The translations under genes were made by a program, and so were the position numbers. Under the pieces are notes generated by a model that was not told where the DNA came from, ran no database searches, and worked only from the letters and a program-made list of their open reading frames with translations. Positions 27,701-39,700 of a stretch of DNA of 64,000 bases are shown in pieces; positions within the stretch are counted from its first letter, which is position 1, and the number at the start of each line of letters is the position of its first letter. The stretch is from Phoronis australis (taxonomy: Eukaryota > Animalia > Phoronida), in contig NMRA01000202.1 in the NCBI GenBank assembly GCA_002633005.1, positions 229,516-293,515 on the forward strand. Reading direction: 5' to 3'.

Positions 27701-30700
27701 GAAAAATGGCCACCACAGCGTCATCTTGTAATAGGATTTCAACAAATAACAATAAGCTTCGAGCCTTTCACGAGACAGATGCGTAAATTTCATGTTGATC
27801 TGATAGGAATTACGATCTGTAGCGTGCGAACAAGAAACAAATGAAAAACAAACAACTTACAAATTTTATGACAAAGCAACATACTTGTATAATTTCACCA
27901 AAGAAGTAGAACTCCCTTGTGGTCTTGTTTACAATTTAACAAAACAAAGGAATATACTTTATGGCAATATTGTGCAGCTCAATGGCTCAACAATTACCTT
28001 TTTGGGAGAAACATAAATAAATATAGACACTCATGATGAGTTTAACTATCTCATGAATAACAGCTTGAACCAGAAATTGGTATATGGATGCCACAGATCA
28101 AAAGGAATTACAGTAATTATGTCTTACACAATGCACACAGGATATTTATGTTGCTAAAACAAATTTTTCCCAACTGTTGAAAGTTCATACCAAAACAGCT
28201 GTGGTGGCAGTAAACATTTCATTTTCAAATACCCAATAACAAAGCTGAACATCTGTTTAGAAAATAAAAATGAAAACAGTTGTGCAACTGCATTATAATA
28301 ACAAAACGTAGATTAAATTTAAAAACGCTCTCCCTGTTACATGAAGGCATTGTAAGGTTTTAAAGCTACAAAGCCCACCTGCCACCATGAGAAACAACCT
28401 CAGATTTAGACTACTCACGGTTATGTAAATGGTCTGAAATTGTTCCTTAGACCAATTAGAGGTGATGTCAGAGATTCAATGATAGTTCGTTGATGCTTTA
28501 AACAAGGGTCTAGAAATGACGTATGCGCCGACTATGGTCTCAAGGAATAATGAACTCTGTCAGTTCTCCACAAACCAAACGGTCTGACTAAGAGTGAAGA
28601 CAGAATGTTAGTCTTATGCTCCAAATAGCTATTTTGAAAAATAATTCAATTTCACTTCAGCAATGTGGTAAGGCTTAGAGAATAACAGAAATTTTTAATT
28701 ATTCAGAAAATTTGAATCAGTTATAGCTAAATGAGATGTGTTAGCAACTTTATTACAAAAACTGTAACAAAACGTAGTAGTGCAATGCCAAACACCTGAC
28801 TTAAGCTCCCTCCTAAGTCATGTTTCATGAAATGGGACCCAGAAATCACTTCTCAGTTGAATAAAGAACAAGACAGTTCAGACCAATTTTGTAGCGGTAG
28901 GTGGACTTAGTAAAACTTGTCTTTTTGGACAGAACATGGATTTATTGCCACTTTAGCAGCAGTCTTTGGAAATGTTTTATTAGTGAAGCAACAATCAATG
29001 TGCTGTAACCCAGCCATTAACATATTACGCAAAATAACGAATGCCACGATGCACAAGATCAGAAATCGTATACGCAATCACTAAATTTAACAATTCACAA
29101 AAACCAAACTGAACTGTAATTGAAGACAACAGAACAGATTCAAATTTTGTTCTTTCTCCAGAGTTTTTAGGTGAGAGTCATGACCCATACATAACCCTCC
29201 TTCAGATTAGCTGTCTTGAAATAATCTTACTTCAAGGAAATGCAAATTAACCACGTTTATCTTGACCACAAACAACTCACCCTTGACCCTGTGTACTCTT
29301 CACCGGAGCAGGTGCGCACCTTGATATTACATGAATCTTCGTAATTTACTTCACACACCTATCAAACAGAGGGAGAGGTGGTGACTATTGAATACAGCAT
29401 CTTAAACAATGAAAACAGTTTAAAACGGTTACCAAATTCAGTTTCCAAAACCAGTTTCTTTGTGATGACAGACATATAACTGCCTCTCTTGAGTAGAACT
29501 TTCTAAGCACCAGGGACATCTATTGGGAGTATAGTATATCATTTGAAACTATTCTGCTTCCTAAAACAACTTTGGTGTGGTCATTTAGTAACATTGACTT
29601 TATTTCTAAAATCTATTGAAGGATGATGATTCAGAGATCTAGTGCTGAGAGTGCAAGACAGACAATCCAGGGCTTTTGTTTGTCTAAGAGGAGAGGTGCC
29701 TGTGCCTTATGAGAGGGGAATTTTTTGGGGGAAGTGAAAATTCTCCCAATCAACATCAATAGTACCCCACTCCATTGTAAACCCTCTTAGGCTCTGCCTC
29801 AAATAGCCAAAGCTAACATTTTGCTATCTTTTAAATTTGTCACCTGTGTTAGTTATAAGTGATTTGAACCTTGAGGGGAATCTTTCGGTCAGTTGAGTGG
29901 AACTTTTGCATTTCACGAGGGAATTTTGCATGATTTTTCAATATTTTTCAGTCAGAGTGGAATGGAGCTGATATTCGGCCCCAATATCAAGGAATTGAGA
30001 GCCTTAGAATCAAAAGGTCTCAAGGTTCAAACTTCAAGATAATGAACCAAGAAAAATACAATTCAAGTGCCTACCATGAGTGTACAAGATACCTGTGCTC
30101 AGTTTAAAGAATGGTTGTATCACCTAAATATGGCAGGAGAAATGACTGACCAAACCAAAATGCTGTGCCAAATGTAAAAGCTAGAGTTTAGTGTAAATAG
30201 ACCAAATGAATAGAAACGATGTCTTCTATTGGGAAACAGTAATGTTTCACCCAATAACTAGTTTCCTTTATTTGACAATTTGAAAAAAACACCTTTCCCA
30301 ACCTAGTAACCGAACCCAGTATCTTCTCTCCACAGCTACGTTGACAAAAACGATTGCCTAATTAAAAACATGGTCGGTCCCCCATGCCATTGAGCTTTGT
30401 TGGCAAATCCACATTTCAGTTATGTTTTTGGTGTATCAACATGTGATATTACTGTTGCATGTAACGTGAGGTAACGATTAAGGCAAAGTTTGCAGTCAAA
30501 TGTTGGTGAATACTTTCTAGTATGTTACAAACGAACCACCATTACAAACCAACTACCAAGATGATGAAATGTCACTCGAATATGACTGGTACCTAACATA
30601 CCAACATAGTAATCGTAGCTTTCGTATTTCTAAAAACTATCTGAGAACAAGATGCAGTGTACCCACCTCACTATTCAGCTGTATATTGATTCCCTCGGCA

Positions 30701-33700
30701 AGTCTCGTTAACACAGCCAAGTAGCCCTCAGGTAATATGCCGTGATCGCCACCGAACTGGGCGTAGGTCTCGTTATGGTCCCAGCTTAGCGCCGACACAC
30801 GGCTCAAATCAGACCCAAGGGCAAATTCAAGGTTACTGATGTGGAAGTCAATTAGATGCATCTCTTCTTCACTGAACTCGATGTGAGATTCTTCGACAAA
30901 CTGCTTATGCATATCATGAATTTTATCTGAAATTAAGAGGCAAATTTTTTCCCATAACATTAAAAATACACTTCGTCACCATTTCGCTGTTGATTTTGAA
31001 TTCTTAACCGAAATGCTCTGAGACGTACTTTGCTGATATTTTGATTTTCATACATAGATTGTTCTTGTTGGTTAACCTTCCCCTGGATAAATTGATGAAA
31101 AATCTTCAAATTTTGCATAATAGTACAACTGTCATGGCATTTCAGCATAAAACAGACTGTATCTTTAAGTTCCTCAAAAAGAGAAGCTACATTCTAAGGT
31201 CTATAGCCATTGCCGCCACAGAAACACTTCATAACCACATCATGCTTCCCCAGCTATGTCTCACATCCATTTCTAGGTCCATCCCTGATTACACTTGACA
31301 CTTGAATTTCGCTGTATTTATCCACGATGCCGCAATATCTATCAAGCACTTTTGTAGTCCAGCGATTTCATGCCACAGTAGTATGTTCCTTGTTCTTGCC
31401 GTATTCTATACATTAATTACTCTTCCTTGCATTACTCTATCCGTCCTTCCAATGCCAGCAAAGTATTACTGCTATACTGAGGACTGCAACTCCGATGGGA
31501 GAAAGTTGGATAAACCTTGACAAATGTCCATGGATGGGTGATGACACATTTGTCGCCAAGCCAACGTCAATCAAAGACAAGAAAATGCGGAGCGAGTGGA
31601 TAAAGCAAGTTCCTGGGGTTGATTTTGAACCAAACAGAATCCTCTTGCTTGAACATACCTTTCAATTCCGGTACTTTAAAATGGTTGAAATGGTGTATAT
31701 TTCCATGCCCATACACCTCAAAGGTTTCCGACATGACCTTCGAAAATGTGCCTGACATTCCAAAACGAGACCAATGAAAACAATGAGGCTTTCTTACCTC
31801 CAAGACAAAGGAGAGTCCTTGGCTATTGTTGGGTAATTCAGATTACTCATTGATTGAAGTTTTCTGTTTAGGTCAGTTGGCGCGAATCTACCATGTCTGT
31901 TTACAGAGCACATAGTTGGTGAGCTGACACATTGGTCTGACGACGTTCATCTATCATATATGGGACTTTTCAAATCATAACGTGTTGATGTTTAACCATG
32001 GTCTTAACCCTTATTTTGAGTTTGGAAGGGCAAAGTAGTCTGTACAGAAACTAGGCGTTTAGCTAAGCATCAAGTGATGAAAATTTATATCCATTGTAGC
32101 AGGAGGATTTGTAGAATTCATGAATAAATCAATTTCAAAATAACAACAATTACATCAATGAAAACATATGCTGAAAATAAAACACCTTATTGTATACACA
32201 CATGCACCGCCACACATGGTTCCTACAGATAAGTATTTAGGGTAGAATACCTAGAAGACTGCAGTCTTTGCTGATGTCCTGGTCTTTCCTCCAATCAGCA
32301 ATGATATCCAGCAGTGCGTTGAAATGAAAGTCAATACGCTTGTCCGTTTCACTTGATACAACACTGCCGTCGTCTGTCATCAAAACACATTTGCTATTCA
32401 AGGGACGTAACTCCAAGCCTGCCTGAAAGTTAATGAACAAAGAACTAAATGCAACTTGCAGCAAACGTATTGAGAGGAATTCAAATTAATTAAAAGTAGC
32501 ATTCTGAACATTGCAATATTAAGTTAAATGTTATTTGTAATTAATTGAAAAACATGGATCAGTGGAGGGCATGTAACAGATAAAGTGCTGGTGAACAATA
32601 GCTGTTTCCACGTGTTGCACAGTCATAGAAACCAAGAAATGCTAATATACCTCAAGTGATGCATCTATAAAACTATCTTCTGCTAGTAAGACACACGTAC
32701 AGATGTGATGTGCGCACACTCACCTGGTCAGCAGTGCAAAGGGGCTGTTTTTTGAAGGGACTATAGCCAAAAGTTAATTTTTTGACGTTTTAACTGGCTA
32801 CAGATCTGTCTGTTGGCTTCCAGTTGTAGTCAGATTTTTCCGACTTTTGGCCTTAGCCTGATTTTAAGCCACATGTCAACAGACAGTAGACTCTTCGAGA
32901 AAACAGCCCCCTGGTCACACGTTACTGTTATGAGGGTTGTTTCTAAACCCACTCTTTAACAGTAAGCACCACATACCCATTTTGCATACTCACCTGGTCA
33001 CACAATAGTGTGATGGGGTTGTTAATACACCCGTTCACCAACTGGGCACCCCTTCCCACACAAGCACCTAAACTCCAGTCATCCTCTATACGACCTCCGA
33101 CACGACCTCGTGCCTCAAGTACTGTGACCTAAAATAAATCAAGAGAGAACGTTTGACAGACCACCATCTCAGTATGCTCTAAAAGAGAAACGCTTCTTGT
33201 TAGTGTTTTCTGTATTAATTTCATTGTGCATTAAAAGTGAAACTGAATGTAGAATTAACAAGATGTTGTAAACTATTGCTAGACTGACATCATTGCAATA
33301 TATCAGGTGTCCCAAAAAGTGACCCACTTTTTGACAAGTCATTTCTCACCAATTTACCCACTGAATGTGTTCAAATTTTCACAATGTATTTGCAGGTGTC
33401 ATCAACAAGTCTATATTGTATAATGCATCTCAGAAAAATTATGGAAGTACTGTGAAATTCAAAACAGTGGGGTGAAAAATGCAATATCATAGTGACTTTC
33501 ATCATGTCCATACTGTGCTGGCATCTGTCAGTCAAAAAAATTGCCTACCTGGATCTCATGTCTACAGTTTTTTTATTGTCAGATCTGTCCTAAATTCCGG
33601 TTTGTAAGGATGGCTTTGAGTGAAAGCGATAAATTTAGGATTGAAACCTGTTTCAAGGAGAAAGGATGGAGCAGAACAAGAATCGTAAGAAGTTCCCAGG

Positions 33701-36700
33701 AAAAGGGTAAAGTACTGCAGCTGTATCATACTTATTGCTAATGTACGCAACACAGGGTCTGTTGGATATAAAAGTGGCAGTGTGAGACCTAAGACTGCAT
33801 GTTCAAAAGAAAACGCGGATCGTGTTGAGGAACTGATTCAATCCCAGGAGGCGAGCCGGGAAACACACGCCTCTGAGAGAAGTCGCAACTGATTTACAAC
33901 TTAGTGAACAAGTCTTGTGTGCAAAGAATGGCAGAAAAGTGGAGTTAAAACTTCATGAGAATGTGGGTATCACAGAAAGATAAAAATGTTGGAAGGAAAC
34001 TCGATGCTGCCAGTCATCACATGCTAAACGTGATATTCCTCATTACTCAGCCTCTATACCGCTACAAAATCAACACAACTACAAAATGCGTCTCAAACAT
34101 CTCCACAACACAAAAATATGATTTAAATCTCCTAACACACCATTAAGTGCATCAGCGAATAAAAGCCCGTCAAAACAGTACTACCTCTCACCAAGGTTGG
34201 CAAACCCTTCCAAGACTGGGTAGCTTCAATGTCAGAATATTTGTTTTTCAACAAGCTTCTACACCAGAAACCAAAGGCCATCAAAACAGGAAAATTCAAA
34301 GAAGTATCTGTTAGAATAGTCTACAATGCCTATGTTTAGGCCACAATCAGTGAGGAAGTGCAAAATTAAATGTAATATTAAGTAATAGTTTCTAAAAAAA
34401 GAACTCATTTTCACAAAAAAGTCTCGTAAATTCAAGAAATAGTAACCAGCTCAAATTGCGACAGGCTTCATTGTTTAAAATCGACATTACTTCCCTGTAA
34501 TACCTTACTCCCATTCCCTTCTCCACACAAAATCTTGCAGTTCATACCACTGTTAATAGGCAGCCCTACATGTGACTAGTACATTTTGTATTGATCATNN
34601 NNNNNNNNNNNNNNNNNNNNNNNNNNNNNNNNNNNNNNNNNNNNNNNNNNNNNNNNNNNNNNNNNNNNNNNNNNNNNNNNNNNNNNNNNNNNNNNNNNNN
34701 NNNNNNNNNNNNNNNNNNNNNNNNNNNNNNNNNNNNNNNNNNNNNNNNNNNNNNNNNNNNNNNNNNNNNNNNNNNNNNNNNNNNNNNNNNNNNNNNNNNN
34801 NNNNNNNNNNNNNNNNNNNNNNNNNNNNNNNNNNNNNNNNNNNNNNNNNNNNNNNNNNNNNNNNNNNNNNNNNNNNNNNNNNNNNTTATGCAACACTAAA
34901 CTGGTGTTAACACATATAAGAAAATTGATGATTTTTAAATAAAAAGTATGAGGAGTAAGATAAACAAGTTCCAATATTCACTTGACATAGAAGTATAAAA
35001 GAGTTTGTGGAGACAGTTTGAGATTCATAGATCCTTATAATTGAAAAAATGTTCATTGAAATTAATAGACACATGGTGAACAGAGACACCTGGTGAATGC
35101 CAAAAGTATTGTTCACAGGCTACTTTAATTTTTGACAGTATTGGACAAGACAACTAGTTCTTGTCTGTCAATCATCTAAGTTCTTAACAGGTCCTCCTGG
35201 AGGCAGTTTGTTTGCAAGTGTTGGATTTTGTATTTTAACCTATTAAAAATAATTAAAAAATTATGGGTCATGGGTTGGAGAAATAAATGAAAATTATGGG
35301 CGGTGGGTACGAAATAAAAGTGCCTTCCCCCCCCTCCCATACAGATTTTGCTGGAACAGCCCTATGAGATAAGGGTTATCATCCACTTTAAAACCATGTT
35401 TGACCAAATAAAAAATAAATTAACTAACTTCGATTTACATCACTTTTTCAGAGGCGGTGTGACCTAGACGGATAAGTGTCCAGTTCTTGTGGTCAAGGTC
35501 ATGGGTTTGAGACCAACTGAGTCACACTGCTAGACCCTCGAGTCCAGTCTCTAGCTCCTCAGCTCGGTTTTAACTAAATATTACTAAAGCATAAAAATGG
35601 TTCCAGGTAATCATTACTATAGGCCCACTTGAGCGGCCAGACCGTCTGCAATTATTAAGATGAGAAGCGATTTGTGGGCTTGCAAAGAACTGACAGTTGC
35701 TATTGTTCGCAAACATAATAAAATAACCCGACACGAAAAGCCAACTTGTTGAGCATGGTTTCGGCAATAACGAATGTCAGTTTTTTCCTAGATAAAAATC
35801 ACCTTTTACTTAAAAAGAAACAAGCAGAGACCAATTTCATAACGGTAAGTTGTCTATATCAAGTTCACAAAAGACAGGTCAGTAGGGGCTTTGATGCATT
35901 TCTGCACCAAGACAGAAAAACAAACTAAATGGCAATAAGTAATTAAAAATTGTGCGAGTAAATATTACACGTGAAATTTGCATACTTCATGGAATCTGGC
36001 CTACGTGTAACTTCATAGAAATATGGGCTGATCTCCATACATTGATCACGGGATAGCAATGCTCTCCAGTGTCCATATCAAGATAATAAAGAAAAAGTTT
36101 GATCTAATCTTTACCCCGATTCATTCTCAACCCTGCATTCAAAAACTGAAAACCAATTTTCCATTTCTTTTGGTGAAAAGTGCAAAAACCATGTAAGCAA
36201 AGTTTGAAACACCACAGTTTGCCAAGCCACAAGTAAAAAACAACTCCTGAATTGTTTTTGCTCATTTAAGGTGGATTTTCTTTTTTGAAAAAATGTGCAA
36301 CTTGACGCAACACATTGTGACCAATAATTACAGAAGGGCACAAAAACGACTTCTGTGAGTAAATGGAAAAAATCATTGTACACTGCAGAATAGCATGTAG
36401 TGTCTTACACCAAAAAGATTGAGAAGCAATATTTGATAAAAATTATTTATTACAATTTTGAAATTTCAGAAAAATATGACAATGAATTCTAAAATCAAGA
36501 CAAACAACCATTGAAAGTATATCAGTTTACCACTATCACAAACCTACTATTCTAAGAAATTCTTAAGATTATTAACCACACACTCGACAAGAAATCTTCC
36601 AGGTTTCACCTCATTTGTTTTAGTACAAAGTACAATACACATCTACACAACACCTTAACCAACATAATATCAACTGTTCAAATTTGGACACAATTTTATA

Positions 36701-39700
36701 GTGAAAAGTGAAAACTTCAGCGTACACTGTTCCCATACATGTTAAAGTCTTTTGTCGATGTCCAAATGTTCTTATGACTTAAAATGTACAGTTTCAGAGA
36801 TATAATACACTCAAGGAGTTCCTTACGATTAGGACTTAATAGTGAAACTTTGGGAACAAGCATTTCTTCTCATGTATCTGCTGACGCATGAAGGTCTCAC
36901 ATTTTACACTCTTCTAGTAACCTTGGAAACACAATTTTATCAACCAAATTTAAACCATAAAATCATCCAACAAATTATTCCTTTTACCACACATTTTGCA
37001 TGATCCCCTGAAAAATGTTTATTCCACAGATTACGCCAATGAAACGGATCATGATGAGGAATACTCTCTTTGTTGCCAATTCATAACCATAGAAACGGAT
37101 CATGATGAGGAATACTCTCTTTGTTGCCAATTCATAACCATAGAAACGGATCATGATGAGGAATACTCTCTTTGTTGCCAATTCATAACCATAGAAACGG
37201 ATCATGATGAGGAATACTCTCTTTGTTGCCAATTCATAACCATAGAAACGGATCATGATGAGGAATACTCTCTTTGTTGCCAATTCATAACCATAGAAAC
37301 GGATCATGATGAGGAATACTCTCTTTGTTGCCAATTCATAACCATAGAAACGGATCATGATGAGGAATACTCTCTTTGTTGCCAATTCATAACCATAGAA
37401 ACGGATCATGATGAGGAATACTCTCTTTGTTGCCAATTCATAACCATAGAAACGGATCATGATGAGGAATACTCTCTTTGTTGCCAATTCATAACCATAG
37501 AAACGGATCATGATGAGGAATACTCTCTTTGTTGCCAATTCATAACCATAGAAACGGATCATGATGAGGAATACTCTCTTTGTTGCCAATTCATAACCAT
37601 AGAAACGGATCATGATGAGGAATACTCTCTTTGTTGCCAATTCATAACCATAGAAACGGATCATGATGAGGAATACTCTCTTTGTTGCCAATTCATAACC
37701 ATAGAAACGGATCATGATGAGGAATACTCTCTTTGTTGCCAATTCATAACCATAGAAACGGATCATGATGAGGAATACTCTTTGTTGCCAATTCATAACC
37801 ATAGAAACGGATCATGATGAGGAATACTCTTTGTTGCCAATCCATAACCATAGAAACGGATCATGATGAGGAATACTCTCTTTGTTGTCCATCCATAACC
37901 ATAGAAAACAACTTGGCTTTTACGTCAGCCTTAATACCAGGGATTGTGATTCTGCCAAACTCTCTGAACAAGCTATGAAAGAATACCGAGTCATCATTAT
38001 CAACCTCATCTTCGTTACCAAGATAATTACGTCGGTTACCTTGGTGATACGTGTCTAGAGACAAGGTTGAAACACTGTCATGACGTAAACTGTATGTATC
38101 GTAAACAGCTGGCATGTCATGACGTTCTTCACCATTCACAGTGTTGTCGCTGTCATGACACAAGTTGTTCGACACAAAAGCAGCATCGCCACAACAAGTA
38201 CAATGTGAACCATGACTTGCTATAGTATTAGGCTCGGGTTCAGCCTTAACAATGACATTGTCTTGCTGACACGTGTCTGACAGGGTAGAAGCATGATCAC
38301 AGCACTGGCTCTGCACCTCAGCAACTGTACTGCTGGAATCATGAGGATGAATATCAGAAATGCTGACACACAACTTTTCATGGCTTGTCTGCTGCAGATT
38401 GTTAGTTTGCCCGTATTGCTCAAAGGTGTCACTAGCCAAAGTACCGTCGCTTTCGTTGCTGACAACCGCACTTAAAGCCAACGTACCTATTCTCTGAGTG
38501 CAACTCAGGTCAATTGGTAAATCATCTCCAGGATTATCTTTACTGCCCGGGAGAACCTTGTTTATTTTTTCCACCACTACTTCACTAGATGATGGAGGCC
38601 CTTGATTGAGACCAAGTGCTTCCCCGATACAGGCCTCGTGCACAGGTTCTTTTACCAATACGTCTGATTTGTTCTTCGACGCAAGTTTTCTAGACGTTCT
38701 TCCATGTCTACGAAAGGTCCGTATCTTCTTCTGTCCTTTAACAGCAGACCTTGCCTTTGTGTTCTTCACTTCCACCAGTGCCAAATTCTTCTTCACACAC
38801 TTTCGATTTCCAGAAGTTTTCAACGTTACGCGACGCCTAAAACTGGAGTTTCTTGTGAAATGTAGCAAGCCAGACCCATTTGCACCCCAGTCCCCTGGTT
38901 CCTTACCATCTGAGAAATGCAATGGCTTTTGAAGATTTGTTTTCATACGATTCTTTCTCCTGGCAAATACTGGTAACATCACCACACGACATTGTTCAGT
39001 GACAGAATTTTGACATTCGACATCCACTCTAAAGCTTTTTCCTTTCGACAATGAGGTCACACAATCTTTTTTCTGTTTTTTCTTCTGTAAGTCATTTTCA
39101 GAAAATCGTTTGATAGAGGATTTCCGATTGGATCTTCTCGTCTGAAAACACATTAACAAGGGATTAACAAACACTTAAGATAAGATTTAAATTCAAAGAA
39201 CACCAAAAATGGACAATTTAAAAAAAAAGTTCATTATCATCCAAAGAATATTTATTTCAAGTTAAACAATCGAGATTTCAGGATTCCCCCAGCAGGTGGT
39301 GATATCAGGACTTTCACAAATAAGTATCGTGTAATTAATACTTCGTTTTCATCTTATAAATCTGACACTCGCTAATTTGACCTCAACCTGATTAAGGTTA
39401 CGCGGAACTCTCAGCACCACCATCATCAAAATGCCGGAGAAGGAATCTGATACTCGACCATGCTTAAGTTTTGCACAGAAAGCAAATAATGAAAACTTAC
39501 CCTAAGATCTGTTAAGTTTTCGGATGCTTAAAATGGTCGCAGGAAGTCCATGGGCAAAAAATTCACCCTACTCTAGGAGACTTTACAACATTCATGCCAA
39601 AAGATGTCACTACAGGTCAAATGGCGCATCGATTCCTTCTCAGGCAAACTATTCACTCGGCAGAAGGGAATCATGAACACCTCAGTACAGGCCAAAAATA

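Noticed and set aside
34572-34974. ORFs spanning N runs (also about 4356-4610 and 62748-63483)
   Set aside because: Artefacts of translating assembly gaps.
36984-37817. 272-aa and 273-aa repetitive ORFs
   Set aside because: By-products of a 51-bp (3n) stop-free repeat unit; no independent evidence of coding.
37041-37907. CRISPR-like appearance of the regular array
   Set aside because: Units are contiguous and identical with no unique spacers, there are no cas genes, and the context is a eukaryotic intron.
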